Below, piece after piece: positions 27,471 to 36,103 of a DNA stretch of 64,000 nt. Origin of the DNA: a virus (Duplodnaviria > Caudoviricetes); the IMG/VR virus record IMGVR_UViG_3300037857_000053, positions 7,775 through 71,774 of that record. The stretch is one strand, 5' to 3'. How positions within the stretch are numbered: the first letter of the stretch is position 1; every line of letters starts with the position of its first letter. Both the position numbers and the translations under genes were made by a program. A model generated the notes under the pieces. The model saw nothing but the letters and a program-made list of their open reading frames with translations, ran no database searches and was not told where the DNA came from.

Positions 27471-28970
27471 TTATCCGATCAGTTTGAACACGCCCCCCTC
27501 GCCTTGATGGAGGCAGTGAAATGCGCCCGATGCACCGTCCACCTGGTCGTCATGGGAGGCTTTCGGGAACATGGCGTGTTCCTCGATAAACTCCGCATTC
27601 CAGTCGGCGCGCTTCAAGATCACGTTCCCGGCCTTGACTTGGCCGGCGAAGGGATCGGCGCGATTGAACTTGGATCCAAGCTCGCCTTCTGGAGCCTTGC
27701 GGACCGTGTAGGGAGACAGGATTCGGGCATAGTGGTTGAAGGTAATCTTGCCGCCAGCGCCCGGATCCTGCGGGATCCACTGGGCACAGGCATAGCCGTC
27801 CATTTCAGCTGTCTGGCGTAAGCGCCGTTCCAGCTCGTGCGGCTCCTCGCGGAACCGGATCACGTTTTCGATCCAGTAAAGGCCATCTGGCGTCCGGCGC
27901 ATCTTGACCCCGACTGTCCAGTCCGGATCGTTGCCTTGACGCTCCTCGGTCCCCGCCAAATCCCAGCGGCGCAGAACTTCACCGTCTTGCGGGATCTCAT
28001 CGGCATAAAGCCACCAGGACCGATGGAACAGGCCGCCTTCGCGGGCGGTTGGGCGCTGTTGAAGCTGGCCGGAGGACCCGAACGGGCCATACTCGACCTC
28101 GCGTTCCTTCATCTTCTCGACCGAGTACCGATTGGGCCACAGGAGCTGATTGACGGTCTTGTCCCGGCGCGGATCCTTGAACCCGATCGAGGATTTGACT
28201 GGATGCGGGTGGTTCGGCTCATAAAAGGCCGGTAGGCACAGATGATCCCAGCCAGATTCCTTGGCCAGGATGTGCCCGGTCAGATCCTTCTCGTGAAGGC
28301 GCTGCATAATGACAATGAACGCGCCGTTTTCTGTGTCGTTCAAACGCCCCTTGATGGTCTCCGACCACATGGTAAGCGCATCCTCGCGGGATTTGTCGGT
28401 CATGTCCGCGGCTGGGTGCGGATCGTCCACGATGACGATGTCACCGCCCTCCCCAAGCATCCCTGAGGAGAAAGACCCGGTGTAACGCGCGCCGCCGGAC
28501 AGGTTCGAATACCGTCCACCGGCCTGCTCGTTCGGATCCAGCTGATAAACTTCGCCCCAGCGCTCCTGATACCAGGGCGACAGGATTAAGGCTTTGGTTT
28601 TCTTGGCGTCTCTCAGCGCCAAATTTCCACCGTGCGCGATAGAAAGGAACCTTGTTCCAGGCCCAAGCCAGGTGTCTGGAATAAAGGGCGTGTGCGATCC
28701 AGTCTTGTCCAATGAAGTCGTCTGACCCCACACCCAGGCGGGGAACATGATGTTGACGCCGATCGACTTCATGTGGCGCGGCGGGATGTTGATGATCAGC
28801 CTGGAGATCTGACGGCGGGCAATCGCCTCCAGATGGGCGCATATCGCCTCAATATGCCATCCGCCGACGAATTTCCCCGGCTCCACCACATGCCAGGCGC
28901 GCTGCGTGAAATCGTAAAGAGACTGCTCGCAGATCGCACGGTCAAGGAGCTGGGGAGACTGGATCTGCAT
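27471..28970 (-). CDS. terL: Terminase large subunit
   Basis: INIPPRHMKS, IVIVDDPH, VIMQRLHE, RRWDLA and HDDQVD motifs. Confidence 0.97.
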   Translation of the reverse strand: MQIQSPQLLDRAICEQSLYDFTQRAWHVVEPGKFVGGWHIEAICAHLEAIARRQISRLIINIPPRHMKSIGVNIMFPAWVWGQTTSLDKTGSHTPFIPDTWLGPGTRFLSIAHGGNLALRDAKKTKALILSPWYQERWGEVYQLDPNEQAGGRYSNLSGGARYTGSFSSGMLGEGGDIVIVDDPHPAADMTDKSREDALTMWSETIKGRLNDTENGAFIVIMQRLHEKDLTGHILAKESGWDHLCLPAFYEPNHPHPVKSSIGFKDPRRDKTVNQLLWPNRYSVEKMKEREVEYGPFGSSGQLQQRPTAREGGLFHRSWWLYADEIPQDGEVLRRWDLAGTEERQGNDPDWTVGVKMRRTPDGLYWIENVIRFREEPHELERRLRQTAEMDGYACAQWIPQDPGAGGKITFNHYARILSPYTVRKAPEGELGSKFNRADPFAGQVKAGNVILKRADWNAEFIEEHAMFPKASHDDQVDGASGAFHCLHQGEGGVFKLIG

Positions 28971-29370
28971 GGGCTTTCTTGGAAATCCGCTCCAGCTCCT
29001 TCAGATCCTCGACACTCAGGTTCTTCAGATCTGTGATGGTTTGAGTGATGTTTTCGACCTGCAACGGTTTCCCAGGTGCGGTCGAGACTTCCAGCTTGTC
29101 GTGCCAGCCCCGCGTCTTGCCCTTGCAGCGCAGGAAAAACTTGATCGCCTCCCGATCCCCGTCACGGATCAGCTCGATCAGCTTGAGTTCCGCCAAGTCC
29201 AGGATCTCGTCGGTGAAGGAATCGGCCGCAGCGCGCAGTTCCGGATCACCATTGACCCAGGTCGAAACCGTCTGCCTCGCAAAGCCGATTTTTTGCGCGG
29301 CCATAGAGATAATGCCGCCCGACGCCTTCAGCGCCTCGATGATGATCTTGTTGTCAGGCCGCTTTTTCAT
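28942..29370 (-). CDS. terS: Terminase small subunit (HTH)
   Basis: N-terminal HTH, AIKFFLRCKGK..GW; directly upstream of terL. Confidence 0.8.
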   Translation of the reverse strand: MKKRPDNKIIIEALKASGGIISMAAQKIGFARQTVSTWVNGDPELRAAADSFTDEILDLAELKLIELIRDGDREAIKFFLRCKGKTRGWHDKLEVSTAPGKPLQVENITQTITDLKNLSVEDLKELERISKKAHADPVSPAP

Positions 29371-30106
29371 CGGTCTTTCCCGCGTGAGTGTCAGCCTCGT
29401 CAGCGCCGGTCTCTTTCTCAATCTGATCGAGACGTTCGCTTGCCAGGTCGATCATGGCGCGCACTGCGAGGGCTTGGTTGACGATTTCTTTGGTGTCCTT
29501 TGTCCGGACCATTGTTTCGAAGAAGTCTTGGTAGTCCTTCATTCGAGCGAGGATGTGGGGTGTTTTTTCGATGCGTTTTTGCACCTCGTCCCACTTCTTT
29601 TGAAACTCGTCCTTGTCCTCTGGGAGGAAGGATAGGACCAGCTCCTCGTACTTCGGCATTCCGATTGAAAGCTTTTCGAAATCGGGGTCATCGAGGAGCT
29701 GCAGGTCTGTGTCTGTTATCCCTGAGTATTTCTTCTCCAGGACATCGAGGCTTTCATAGAGAGAGCGGAGGATGTTTTGGTCGTCTTCGCCTGTGATGGC
29801 GTTGTGAGCCAACTGGATGGCTGTTTGACGGGCTTGGGTCAGGTCTCCGTGGATCTGGATGACGTGGATCTTTTTCAAGCCAGCAGCAACGGCTGCTTTC
29901 ACCCGGTGATTGCCGGACAGAACCTTCAGCTTGTCCTGGACCTCATAGACCAAGGGCGCGGATGTCAGGCAGCCGTCGCGTTTGATGTTCTCGACCAACT
30001 GATGGAACTGGCGCTCGCGCATGTGACGGGCGTTGACCTCCAGAAGGTGGAGATCGCGAGGGTTGACCTCGATGGTGCTCGACTTGAGCGCTTCGTTATT
30101 TGCCAT
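29354..30106 (-). CDS. ParB/Srx-domain protein
   Basis: VNARHM, LVENIKRDG and VLSGNHRVKAA motifs. Confidence 0.85.
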   Translation of the reverse strand: MANNEALKSSTIEVNPRDLHLLEVNARHMRERQFHQLVENIKRDGCLTSAPLVYEVQDKLKVLSGNHRVKAAVAAGLKKIHVIQIHGDLTQARQTAIQLAHNAITGEDDQNILRSLYESLDVLEKKYSGITDTDLQLLDDPDFEKLSIGMPKYEELVLSFLPEDKDEFQKKWDEVQKRIEKTPHILARMKDYQDFFETMVRTKDTKEIVNQALAVRAMIDLASERLDQIEKETGADEADTHAGKTDEKAA

Positions 30107-31496
30107 AGCTGGTTTTGACCTCCCGGGCCCGATCGTCTTTGAAGTACCGCTTGAACCAATCCGCATAGATCTCTTGCGGGTGATCCTCGCGGACGGGCGC
30201 GTGGTAGTTGATGATGTAGCGGGATCCGGATCGTTCCGATTCATCGGCCTCCATCCGCTTCAGAACCTTGTAAGGTCCGCGGTATTTCATCGAGGCAGGT
30301 TGATTGGAACGCACGGTTGTGACGACACCCAGGGCCGGACGGCGCAGGAGCGTGTTCTCGCCAACGTGGATCACTTCCTTGCAGGTCGCCAGCATGGCCA
30401 GCAGCTTGGAAATCCGGCCGTAGCGGGTCGTGGCCGTATCGCTCAAAAGGTAAAGGTAATCGCCCTTGTTGTAGGGGCCGATGCCGTGCTTTGGCGGGGT
30501 GAAGGTCAAGATGCCGGCCAGCATGTCATCCAGATACACCAGGAAATTCAGCGGACCGGATGTCCATTGAATGGTCTCCTGCAGGTAGACCGACTTGATG
30601 TAATCGGCATAACCGGCCTTGCAGCGGCGGATCTCAACCTTGGTGTCTGCCGTGATCCGATCAATGTCCACCGGCTTGTAGCGGAAGGGAGTGACTGCTT
30701 CGGTGCTGGATTGATCAACCACCGACGATGCGGCTGTGTTGGAGTAGACGTAGAACCTCGGCTTCATGCCAATGCGGTGGTAGCAGGCCAGCTTGCCGGG
30801 GATGTTTTCGCGGTAAACCATCACATAGGGCACACCGGAGGCATCCACGCGCTCCATCAGCTCCGGGAAATCCCCTGGATTCCAGAGACGGTAATCGGCC
30901 TCCTCGTACTCCAGGTTCTCGGCAATGAAGCGGAACCACTTTTCATACCACCCCTCGATAAAGGGCGCGGAGACGATCACGCCGGATCCGTTGGCCATTC
31001 CGGTTTCCAGATGGTCCCGAAAATCCCCGTGATGGTAAGACGACAGGCGCAGCTCGGCGGCAAGCGCCAAAGCCCGGGAATAGGCCGTAGCGGCATAATC
31101 GAGCAGCCGTGTTTCGTAGTAGCGGAAATGACGGCGGTTGTACTCGTTGTCCGAGCCATAAAGACGGCCGGCGAACAAGGCCACCAGCATCGCGCCAACG
31201 CGAATGGAATAGGGCTGCCCCTCCAGGATTTTCTCCCAATGAGCCAGGCGGCCCTTGAAGGAAAACGGAACCTCCTGCTTCAAGGCCAAGCCTGCCAGGA
31301 CGCGGGACATCAGCGACACGTCATTGCCGTGCATGTCCAGCTGTGGCCAGCGTTTGCCGATGGCGCGTTCGAAGGTGAAGGTCCCCGAGCATCCGACATA
31401 GCAGCCGTTCCAGCTTGAGAAATCGACCGCCTTAAGGATTTGCATCATGCAAACAGGCGGGATCGCGCCGTTGAAGACTTCGTTTGACTGGAACAT
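30096..31496 (-). CDS. N6-adenine-methyltransferase-like domain fused to a Mom-like GNAT domain (DNA modification)
   Basis: Degenerate MTase motifs YVGCSG, GNDVS and VIVSAPF; C-terminal LVYLDDMLAGILTF, YLYLLSD...SKLL, VTT and SMKYRG pattern resembling Mom; start at MFQSN (466 aa). Confidence 0.65.
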   Translation of the reverse strand: MFQSNEVFNGAIPPVCMMQILKAVDFSSWNGCYVGCSGTFTFERAIGKRWPQLDMHGNDVSLMSRVLAGLALKQEVPFSFKGRLAHWEKILEGQPYSIRVGAMLVALFAGRLYGSDNEYNRRHFRYYETRLLDYAATAYSRALALAAELRLSSYHHGDFRDHLETGMANGSGVIVSAPFIEGWYEKWFRFIAENLEYEEADYRLWNPGDFPELMERVDASGVPYVMVYRENIPGKLACYHRIGMKPRFYVYSNTAASSVVDQSSTEAVTPFRYKPVDIDRITADTKVEIRRCKAGYADYIKSVYLQETIQWTSGPLNFLVYLDDMLAGILTFTPPKHGIGPYNKGDYLYLLSDTATTRYGRISKLLAMLATCKEVIHVGENTLLRRPALGVVTTVRSNQPASMKYRGPYKVLKRMEADESERSGSRYIINYHAPVREDHPQEIYADWFKRYFKDDRAREVKTSYGK

Positions 31497-31509
31497 GGGG
31501 ACCTGAATT

Positions 31510-31575
31510 TGGAGCGGGTTGAGGACTCGAACCTCCGACCTGAGTGGACCCCAGGCCGGTCCCATGACTTCCCGC
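31510..31575 (-). ncRNA. tRNA-Gly mimic 1 (66 nt, UCC at the anticodon position, encoded CCA)
   Basis: GCGGGAA GUC-AUGG-GAC CGGCCUGG-GGUCCAC-UCAGGUCG GAGG-UUCGAGU-CCUC AACCCGC U CCA. Confidence 0.85.
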
Positions 31576-31582
31576 ATGGTTG

Positions 31583-31648
31583 TGGAGCGGCTACCGGATT
31601 CGAACCAGCTCGGCAGGTGGTCCCCGCCGAGGCCCCAGGGCTCGCCGC
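31583..31648 (-). ncRNA. tRNA-Gly mimic 2 (66 nt, ACC at the anticodon position, encoded CCA)
   Basis: GCGGCGA GCC-CUGG-GGC CUCGGCGG-GGACCAC-CUGCCGAG CUGG-UUCGAAU-CCGG UAGCCGC U CCA. Confidence 0.85.
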
Positions 31649-31696
31649 AAGTTGTTGGAATTATTCGATATTTTACGGTTTTCTGTGACGCTTTTC

Positions 31697-31765
31697 CTGT
31701 ACCGCAGGGGGTTCATTTGATAGTGTAAAAAGAAAAAACACCCTCAAAATTCCTCAGCCACGGAG
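31697..31765 (+). promoter_or_regulatory. Promoter/leader cassette, copy 1
   Basis: CTGTAC-N18-TAGTGT-AAAAAGAAAAAACA...AGCCACGGAG; near copy at 33061-33128. Confidence 0.6.
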
Positions 31766-31772
31766 TTTGAAA

Positions 31773-32654
31773 ATGCTGAAACGAATCCCCCTTGATAAGA
31801 TCTTTGGCAACCCAGAGCAGCCGCGTAAGGACTTCGATCCAAAGGCGCTCCAAGAGCTTGCTCAGTCCATTGACCAAAACGGTTTGATGCAGCCCATCAC
31901 CGTTGTTCCGAAGGGCGAAGGCACCTTCATGATTGTTGCCGGTGAGCGGCGCTGGCGGGCGCATTGCCTGCTGCAGGAGCAAGGCAAGGCCCAGGACATC
32001 CTGGCTCACGTTCGCAAGATGAACGAGGATGAGGTTGCGGTGAACGCGATTGTCGAGAACCTGTCCCGCGCCGACATTTCCCCGCTGGAAGAAGCCCATG
32101 CGTTTCAAGCCATGCTCGATCGCGGTTACTCGGTTGAGGATCTGGCCAAGAAACTTGGCATCAGCCAGCCGCGCCGGATCTCCGATCGCACATCGCTCTT
32201 GAAGCTGGATGAAACGATCCTGCCGCTTGTGCGGTCCGGCGACATCTCGACCCATGAAGCAAACTGGATTGCCACCCTGCCCCACCACCAGCAGCGCGAT
32301 ATTGTCCGTTTGATCTCCTCCGGCAAAATCCGCGGCATCCAGGCGATCCGGGCGGCGGTTCAAGCCAAACAAGATGCTGAGGCTCAAAGCGCCCTGTTCG
32401 GGGATATGAGCGAGACATCCCCGGCAGATCTCCAGACCCTCAGCCGGATGGAGAAAAAAATCGAAAGCGTTGTCTCAATGGTCAGTGCCGGCTGGAAAGA
32501 CGGCGAGTGCGTGATTGCCGCCAAGGTTGACCGGAACCGGGCCGAGCAAATGGCTGACAAACTCAAGTTGGCCCAGCAGCACATTGCAAAGATGGAAAAG
32601 GCTCTGCGCGAGATCCACGCCCAGGCCGAGATCTTCTCCTCTGAAGCTGCCTGA
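31773..32654 (+). CDS. ParB/Spo0J-like protein
   Basis: NPEQPRKDFD, ELAQSI..NGLMQPITV, IVAGERRWRA and VENLSRADISPLEEA motifs. Confidence 0.92.
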   Translation: MLKRIPLDKIFGNPEQPRKDFDPKALQELAQSIDQNGLMQPITVVPKGEGTFMIVAGERRWRAHCLLQEQGKAQDILAHVRKMNEDEVAVNAIVENLSRADISPLEEAHAFQAMLDRGYSVEDLAKKLGISQPRRISDRTSLLKLDETILPLVRSGDISTHEANWIATLPHHQQRDIVRLISSGKIRGIQAIRAAVQAKQDAEAQSALFGDMSETSPADLQTLSRMEKKIESVVSMVSAGWKDGECVIAAKVDRNRAEQMADKLKLAQQHIAKMEKALREIHAQAEIFSSEAA

Positions 32655-32727
32655 TTGCAACGGAGCGGACATCTTCGGGTGCCCGCCTAGATGCAATCCT
32701 GCATCTTTCTCAGCCACGGAGAAACCC

Positions 32728-32988
32728 ATGCTTTTCATCGGACAGCGTGTTCGCTGCTTTGACTTCAAACCCACACGAGAAACCGGCGAGAGCTACGTTG
32801 AGGGCTACGTCAAGCGGATCCGGAACAATCTCGTTGAGATCACCGTTAACCGGGACATTAGAGGTGGTATCGAAGCCCGGCCGCCCACAAATCGAGTGGG
32901 ATCCAGTTTGATCACGCCCATGCCTGGCAAGATGCGCCGGGAATGGGAAGGCCGGATCACCGTCCTGGAACCGGAAGAGTTTGCCTAA
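32728..32988 (+). CDS. Hypothetical protein (SH3-like beta pattern)
   Basis: ATG 6 nt after AGCCACGGAG. Confidence 0.7.
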   Translation: MLFIGQRVRCFDFKPTRETGESYVEGYVKRIRNNLVEITVNRDIRGGIEARPPTNRVGSSLITPMPGKMRREWEGRITVLEPEEFA

Positions 32989-32993
32989 TCAAA

Positions 32994-33028
32994 GCCGCCG
33001 GGTTCCTTTGAGAGTCCGGCGTTTTTTT
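32994..33028 (+). terminator. Intrinsic terminator
   Basis: GCCGG...CCGGC stem followed by a T-run. Confidence 0.7.
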
Positions 33029-33060
33029 CGCTTTAACTAGCTGTTTTTGCTTGCTTTTTT

Positions 33061-33128
33061 CTGTACGAAAGAGGGCTTTCCCCTTAGAATAAAAAGAAAA
33101 AACAAACCCAAATTCCACAGCCACGGAG
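33061..33128 (+). promoter_or_regulatory. Promoter/leader cassette, copy 2
   Basis: CTGTAC-N18-TAGAAT-AAAAAGAAAAAACA...AGCCACGGAG. Confidence 0.6.
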
Positions 33129-33135
33129 TTTCGAT

Positions 33136-33894
33136 ATGAACAAGCAAAAAGTCATCGAGCGGATCAAAGCGCTCCAATCCAAAACCACTGAAAACGGCTG
33201 CACCGAAGGCGAGGCCCTGTCCGCCATGGAAGCGGCCAAACGCCTGATGGACAAGTATTCCATTTCCTCCGGTGACATCACGACCGGCGGTGAGGAATTT
33301 GTCGAGAGCTATGCTCCGCGCAAGAGAACCGACAGTTACGACATTCGGGACAAGATCCTCTGGAACGTCGGCCGCTATACGGACACGAAACCTTTCCTTG
33401 CCGGCAATGTCACGCCCTGCTTTTTCGGACTTGAGAGCGACGTCGAATTTGCAACCTGGCTCACGCACATGCTGAACGATCTGTGCCAGCGCGAGGCAAC
33501 CGCCCAATTCGGATATGCAGGCAAGGCCGCAAACAGCCGGAAGGCCAAGCGGTACGGATCCTTTGACGAGTTTGACCTGTTCGGCGGATCCAATTCGGAG
33601 TTCCTTCGCGCCTCTTTTGTTCAGGGATTTATCGACCGGGTCAACAAGCGGCTTGAAACCTTGATCAAAGAACGTGACCAGCTTCGGACCTCTGACGGCC
33701 GATCGCTTGTCATTTCCAAGAAATCCATGCTGGAGAATGCCCTGGCAAAAGCGGGATACAAATTCCGCAAACGCAAAGGCTCCTCCCGCAAGACAGCAGA
33801 TCCCCGCGCCTATGGCATGGGAGATGAAGCAGGCCAGCGCGCACATCTGGGGACCGGCGTTTCCGCAGGTGCAACCCAAAAAATGCTGGCCTGA
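33136..33894 (+). CDS. DUF2786-domain protein
   Basis: KVIERIKAL...NGCTEGEALSAMEAAKRLMDKY N-terminus; SFVQGF...AY..G...G. Confidence 0.85.
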   Translation: MNKQKVIERIKALQSKTTENGCTEGEALSAMEAAKRLMDKYSISSGDITTGGEEFVESYAPRKRTDSYDIRDKILWNVGRYTDTKPFLAGNVTPCFFGLESDVEFATWLTHMLNDLCQREATAQFGYAGKAANSRKAKRYGSFDEFDLFGGSNSEFLRASFVQGFIDRVNKRLETLIKERDQLRTSDGRSLVISKKSMLENALAKAGYKFRKRKGSSRKTADPRAYGMGDEAGQRAHLGTGVSAGATQKMLA

Positions 33895-33905
33895 CGTGGC
33901 TGACT

Positions 33906-33935
33906 GGGCGGGGTCTTCGGGCCCCGCCACTTTTT
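33906..33935 (+). terminator. Intrinsic terminator
   Basis: GGCGGGG-TCTTCGGG-CCCCGCC followed by T5. Confidence 0.75.
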
Positions 33936-34043
33936 CAAACAGTCTGATCTGCTGAATCGGAAATCCGCACTTCATACGGATCCGAAGCACCCCCATTATT
34001 TCAAAATCACAGTCCTTCAAACGGCCACCCAGGAGCAAATGCC

Positions 34044-34370
34044 ATGAAAGCCATTCTGATTAACCCGGAAACCCAAACCGCCACCACAGTGGACCACGAT
34101 GGCGACCTCGCCAGTGTAAAACGCCTGATCGAGTGTCACATGATCGACGCGGCCCGGCTGCCCGGCACGAACGATGTCATCTACGTGGATGACGAAGGCC
34201 TTTTCCAGGAAAACCAGCACTTTTTCAAGTACGCAGGCTATCACCAACCACTTGCCGGTAAGGGGCTTTTGGTCGGCACTGGGCCGGAAGGCGAGGACAT
34301 GGAACCGGACACCAGCTTGTTCGAGGTCATTGGCCGGGTGCTTTACCTGGGGCAGTCAGTGGAGGGGTAA
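34044..34370 (+). CDS. DUF3846-like protein
   Basis: MKAILINP, DVIYVDDEGL and LAGKGLLVG motifs. Confidence 0.75.
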   Translation: MKAILINPETQTATTVDHDGDLASVKRLIECHMIDAARLPGTNDVIYVDDEGLFQENQHFFKYAGYHQPLAGKGLLVGTGPEGEDMEPDTSLFEVIGRVLYLGQSVEG

Positions 34371-34480
34371 ATCTCCACTTTTCCACAGATCCAAAAATCC
34401 GATTTTTCCGCTCATATGGCATGGAAATAATCGGATATATTGGATAGAATGAAAATGAAATCTCAGCCACGGAGTTTCAA

Positions 34481-34834
34481 ATGTTACATGCAAGCAAGCA
34501 GACCTTCAGCGGGGACCTTGTCCTCATTCTTTCAGAATGGCCGATCTATTCCAAAGACGGCGAGCCGCTGTTTGAGCTGGATCTGACCGTTGAATTGACC
34601 GCGTCCCTTGTTGTGATCCCGGCGGATCTTGGGCCTGCTCCCTTCTCCCACCCTGTGGAGTCGGAGCTGGATTTTAAGATCGGACGGATCACGATCAGCG
34701 GCGACTGCATCCAGCAGATCACGACCGTCTTCGATGAGACGTTTCCGATCACCCAGGTCCTGGATTTGATCCTGCACAATCTCAATCACAACGCCGATCT
34801 GGAAGGCCAGATCATCAACTGTCTCTACCAGTAG
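34481..34834 (+). CDS. Hypothetical protein
   Basis: ATG after AGCCACGGAG. Confidence 0.65.
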   Translation: MLHASKQTFSGDLVLILSEWPIYSKDGEPLFELDLTVELTASLVVIPADLGPAPFSHPVESELDFKIGRITISGDCIQQITTVFDETFPITQVLDLILHNLNHNADLEGQIINCLYQ

Positions 34835-34925
34835 AGACCGGTTTTCAGTGACCAGCTTGGGGGCATCCGACCGGGTGCCTCTTGTGGTGGTCATCCTGCC
34901 ACCCTTCAGCCACGGAGATAACATC

Positions 34926-35627
34926 ATGGGCGACAGAACAAGCGCCAGCATCGAAATAAGAGGCGAGGTTCCCTCATATGAGGCATTCCTTGCCATCTGC
35001 GATGAACTTGCTGATCAACAGATAGAAAGCGATTACAATTGCCGCTCCATCCAGACAAAATACGAAGCAGCCCAGCTGCTGGTGGACGGTCACAGCGGTT
35101 TTAACGACGTTGAGATCCTTGATGGCCGTTTTTATAGCCTTGAGGAAGTCCTGACCGCGTTTGAGGTCCCTTATATTCACTCCCACAGCAGTGAGGCCGG
35201 CATAGAGCCAGGCGGAGGCTACTGGTCGCCTGATGGTTACGGATCTTACAACGGCGACGGTCCCAATGCCGATATTGCCGAGCTTGAAGCTATTCTGCAC
35301 GGCGAAGCCATCCTAGAGGATCTGGACTTTAAGATCCGTGAAATGAAAAAAGCCACCGGCTCGCACCTTCCGCCCTTCTCCATCCCGGAAACAGTCTTGG
35401 AACAAGCGCGAGCCAAAGGACTTCTGCCCAAGCCCGGCGAACCTGCCCTCCAGACCTATTCGGTCCGGATGTCCGAAACCGTGTTCTACGAGTTCGACAT
35501 CGAGGTCGAGCCCGGCCATGACCCCGAAGAAGTCGCAGAGGCTGTGTTCGTGGAAGGCCCCAAGCAAGAGTGGTTCAGCCACTGCGAAGACCGGACCGTT
35601 GTGTCAGCAGAACTGGCGGGGGTCTGA
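34926..35627 (+). CDS. Hypothetical acidic protein
   Basis: MGDRTSASIEI start after AGCCACGGAG. Confidence 0.7.
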   Translation: MGDRTSASIEIRGEVPSYEAFLAICDELADQQIESDYNCRSIQTKYEAAQLLVDGHSGFNDVEILDGRFYSLEEVLTAFEVPYIHSHSSEAGIEPGGGYWSPDGYGSYNGDGPNADIAELEAILHGEAILEDLDFKIREMKKATGSHLPPFSIPETVLEQARAKGLLPKPGEPALQTYSVRMSETVFYEFDIEVEPGHDPEEVAEAVFVEGPKQEWFSHCEDRTVVSAELAGV

Positions 35628-35628
35628 T

Positions 35629-35832
35629 ATGGCAAGAGGAACCAAACGTCACGGCGATACCTGCGGTGCCTGTCAGTCAAAGAGAGAACTGATCGTATGG
35701 CTTCGAGACAGTGCTTATCACGCAGTGTTGCCCGGCAAATGCGCGCACAAACAAAAGTGTGCGGAAAGCCTATTGCAGGCCGCTGGATTTGATCCAGTCA
35801 CTCAAATGCCTTTGACGGCTTCGGAGGTCTGA
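35629..35832 (+). CDS. Small Cys-containing hypothetical protein
   Basis: CGAC and C..K..C; tightly packed operon. Confidence 0.5.
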   Translation: MARGTKRHGDTCGACQSKRELIVWLRDSAYHAVLPGKCAHKQKCAESLLQAAGFDPVTQMPLTASEV

Positions 35833-35833
35833 C

Positions 35834-36103
35834 ATGGCGAAGCAACTCACCATAGACGAAATGCTCAGTGTCCTTAAGGAAATCGATCACCGGTCGTATG
35901 AACATCACAAGGAAGCAATCGAGGCGATCGGCTCCCTGATGGCGATCGACATTGCGCGGGCGCTCCACGTCACAACCGGTCCGGCAACGTTCCAGGGCGT
36001 GGCACTTGCCGGCACCTGCGCGCCTTTCGAGCCGTCTCACTCCGGACAGGTCTGCCCGGATCCACTCAGCAAATACGACCCATCCGAATGGGGGACATGC
36101 TAA
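35834..36103 (+). CDS. Hypothetical protein
   Basis: GGAGG RBS; operon packing. Confidence 0.65.
   Translation: MAKQLTIDEMLSVLKEIDHRSYEHHKEAIEAIGSLMAIDIARALHVTTGPATFQGVALAGTCAPFEPSHSGQVCPDPLSKYDPSEWGTC

Noticed and set aside
26220-27821. Long plus-strand ORFs opposite structural genes (also 3482-4393, 14754-16130, 30033-31418) and minus-strand ORFs opposite early genes (for example 48530-49609)
   Set aside because: Antisense shadows of well-supported genes in GC-rich DNA, with no motifs or RBS.
31497-31577. N-terminal extension of the 493-aa ORF
   Set aside because: It overlaps tRNA mimic 1; the ATG at 31496 gives a more plausible start.
31510-31648. The tRNA-Gly-like elements as att-site remnants or decayed tRNA pseudogenes
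   Set aside because: Both are exactly 66 nt with the same non-standard stem lengths and compensatory changes, which decay would not produce; the integrase is more than 30 kb away.
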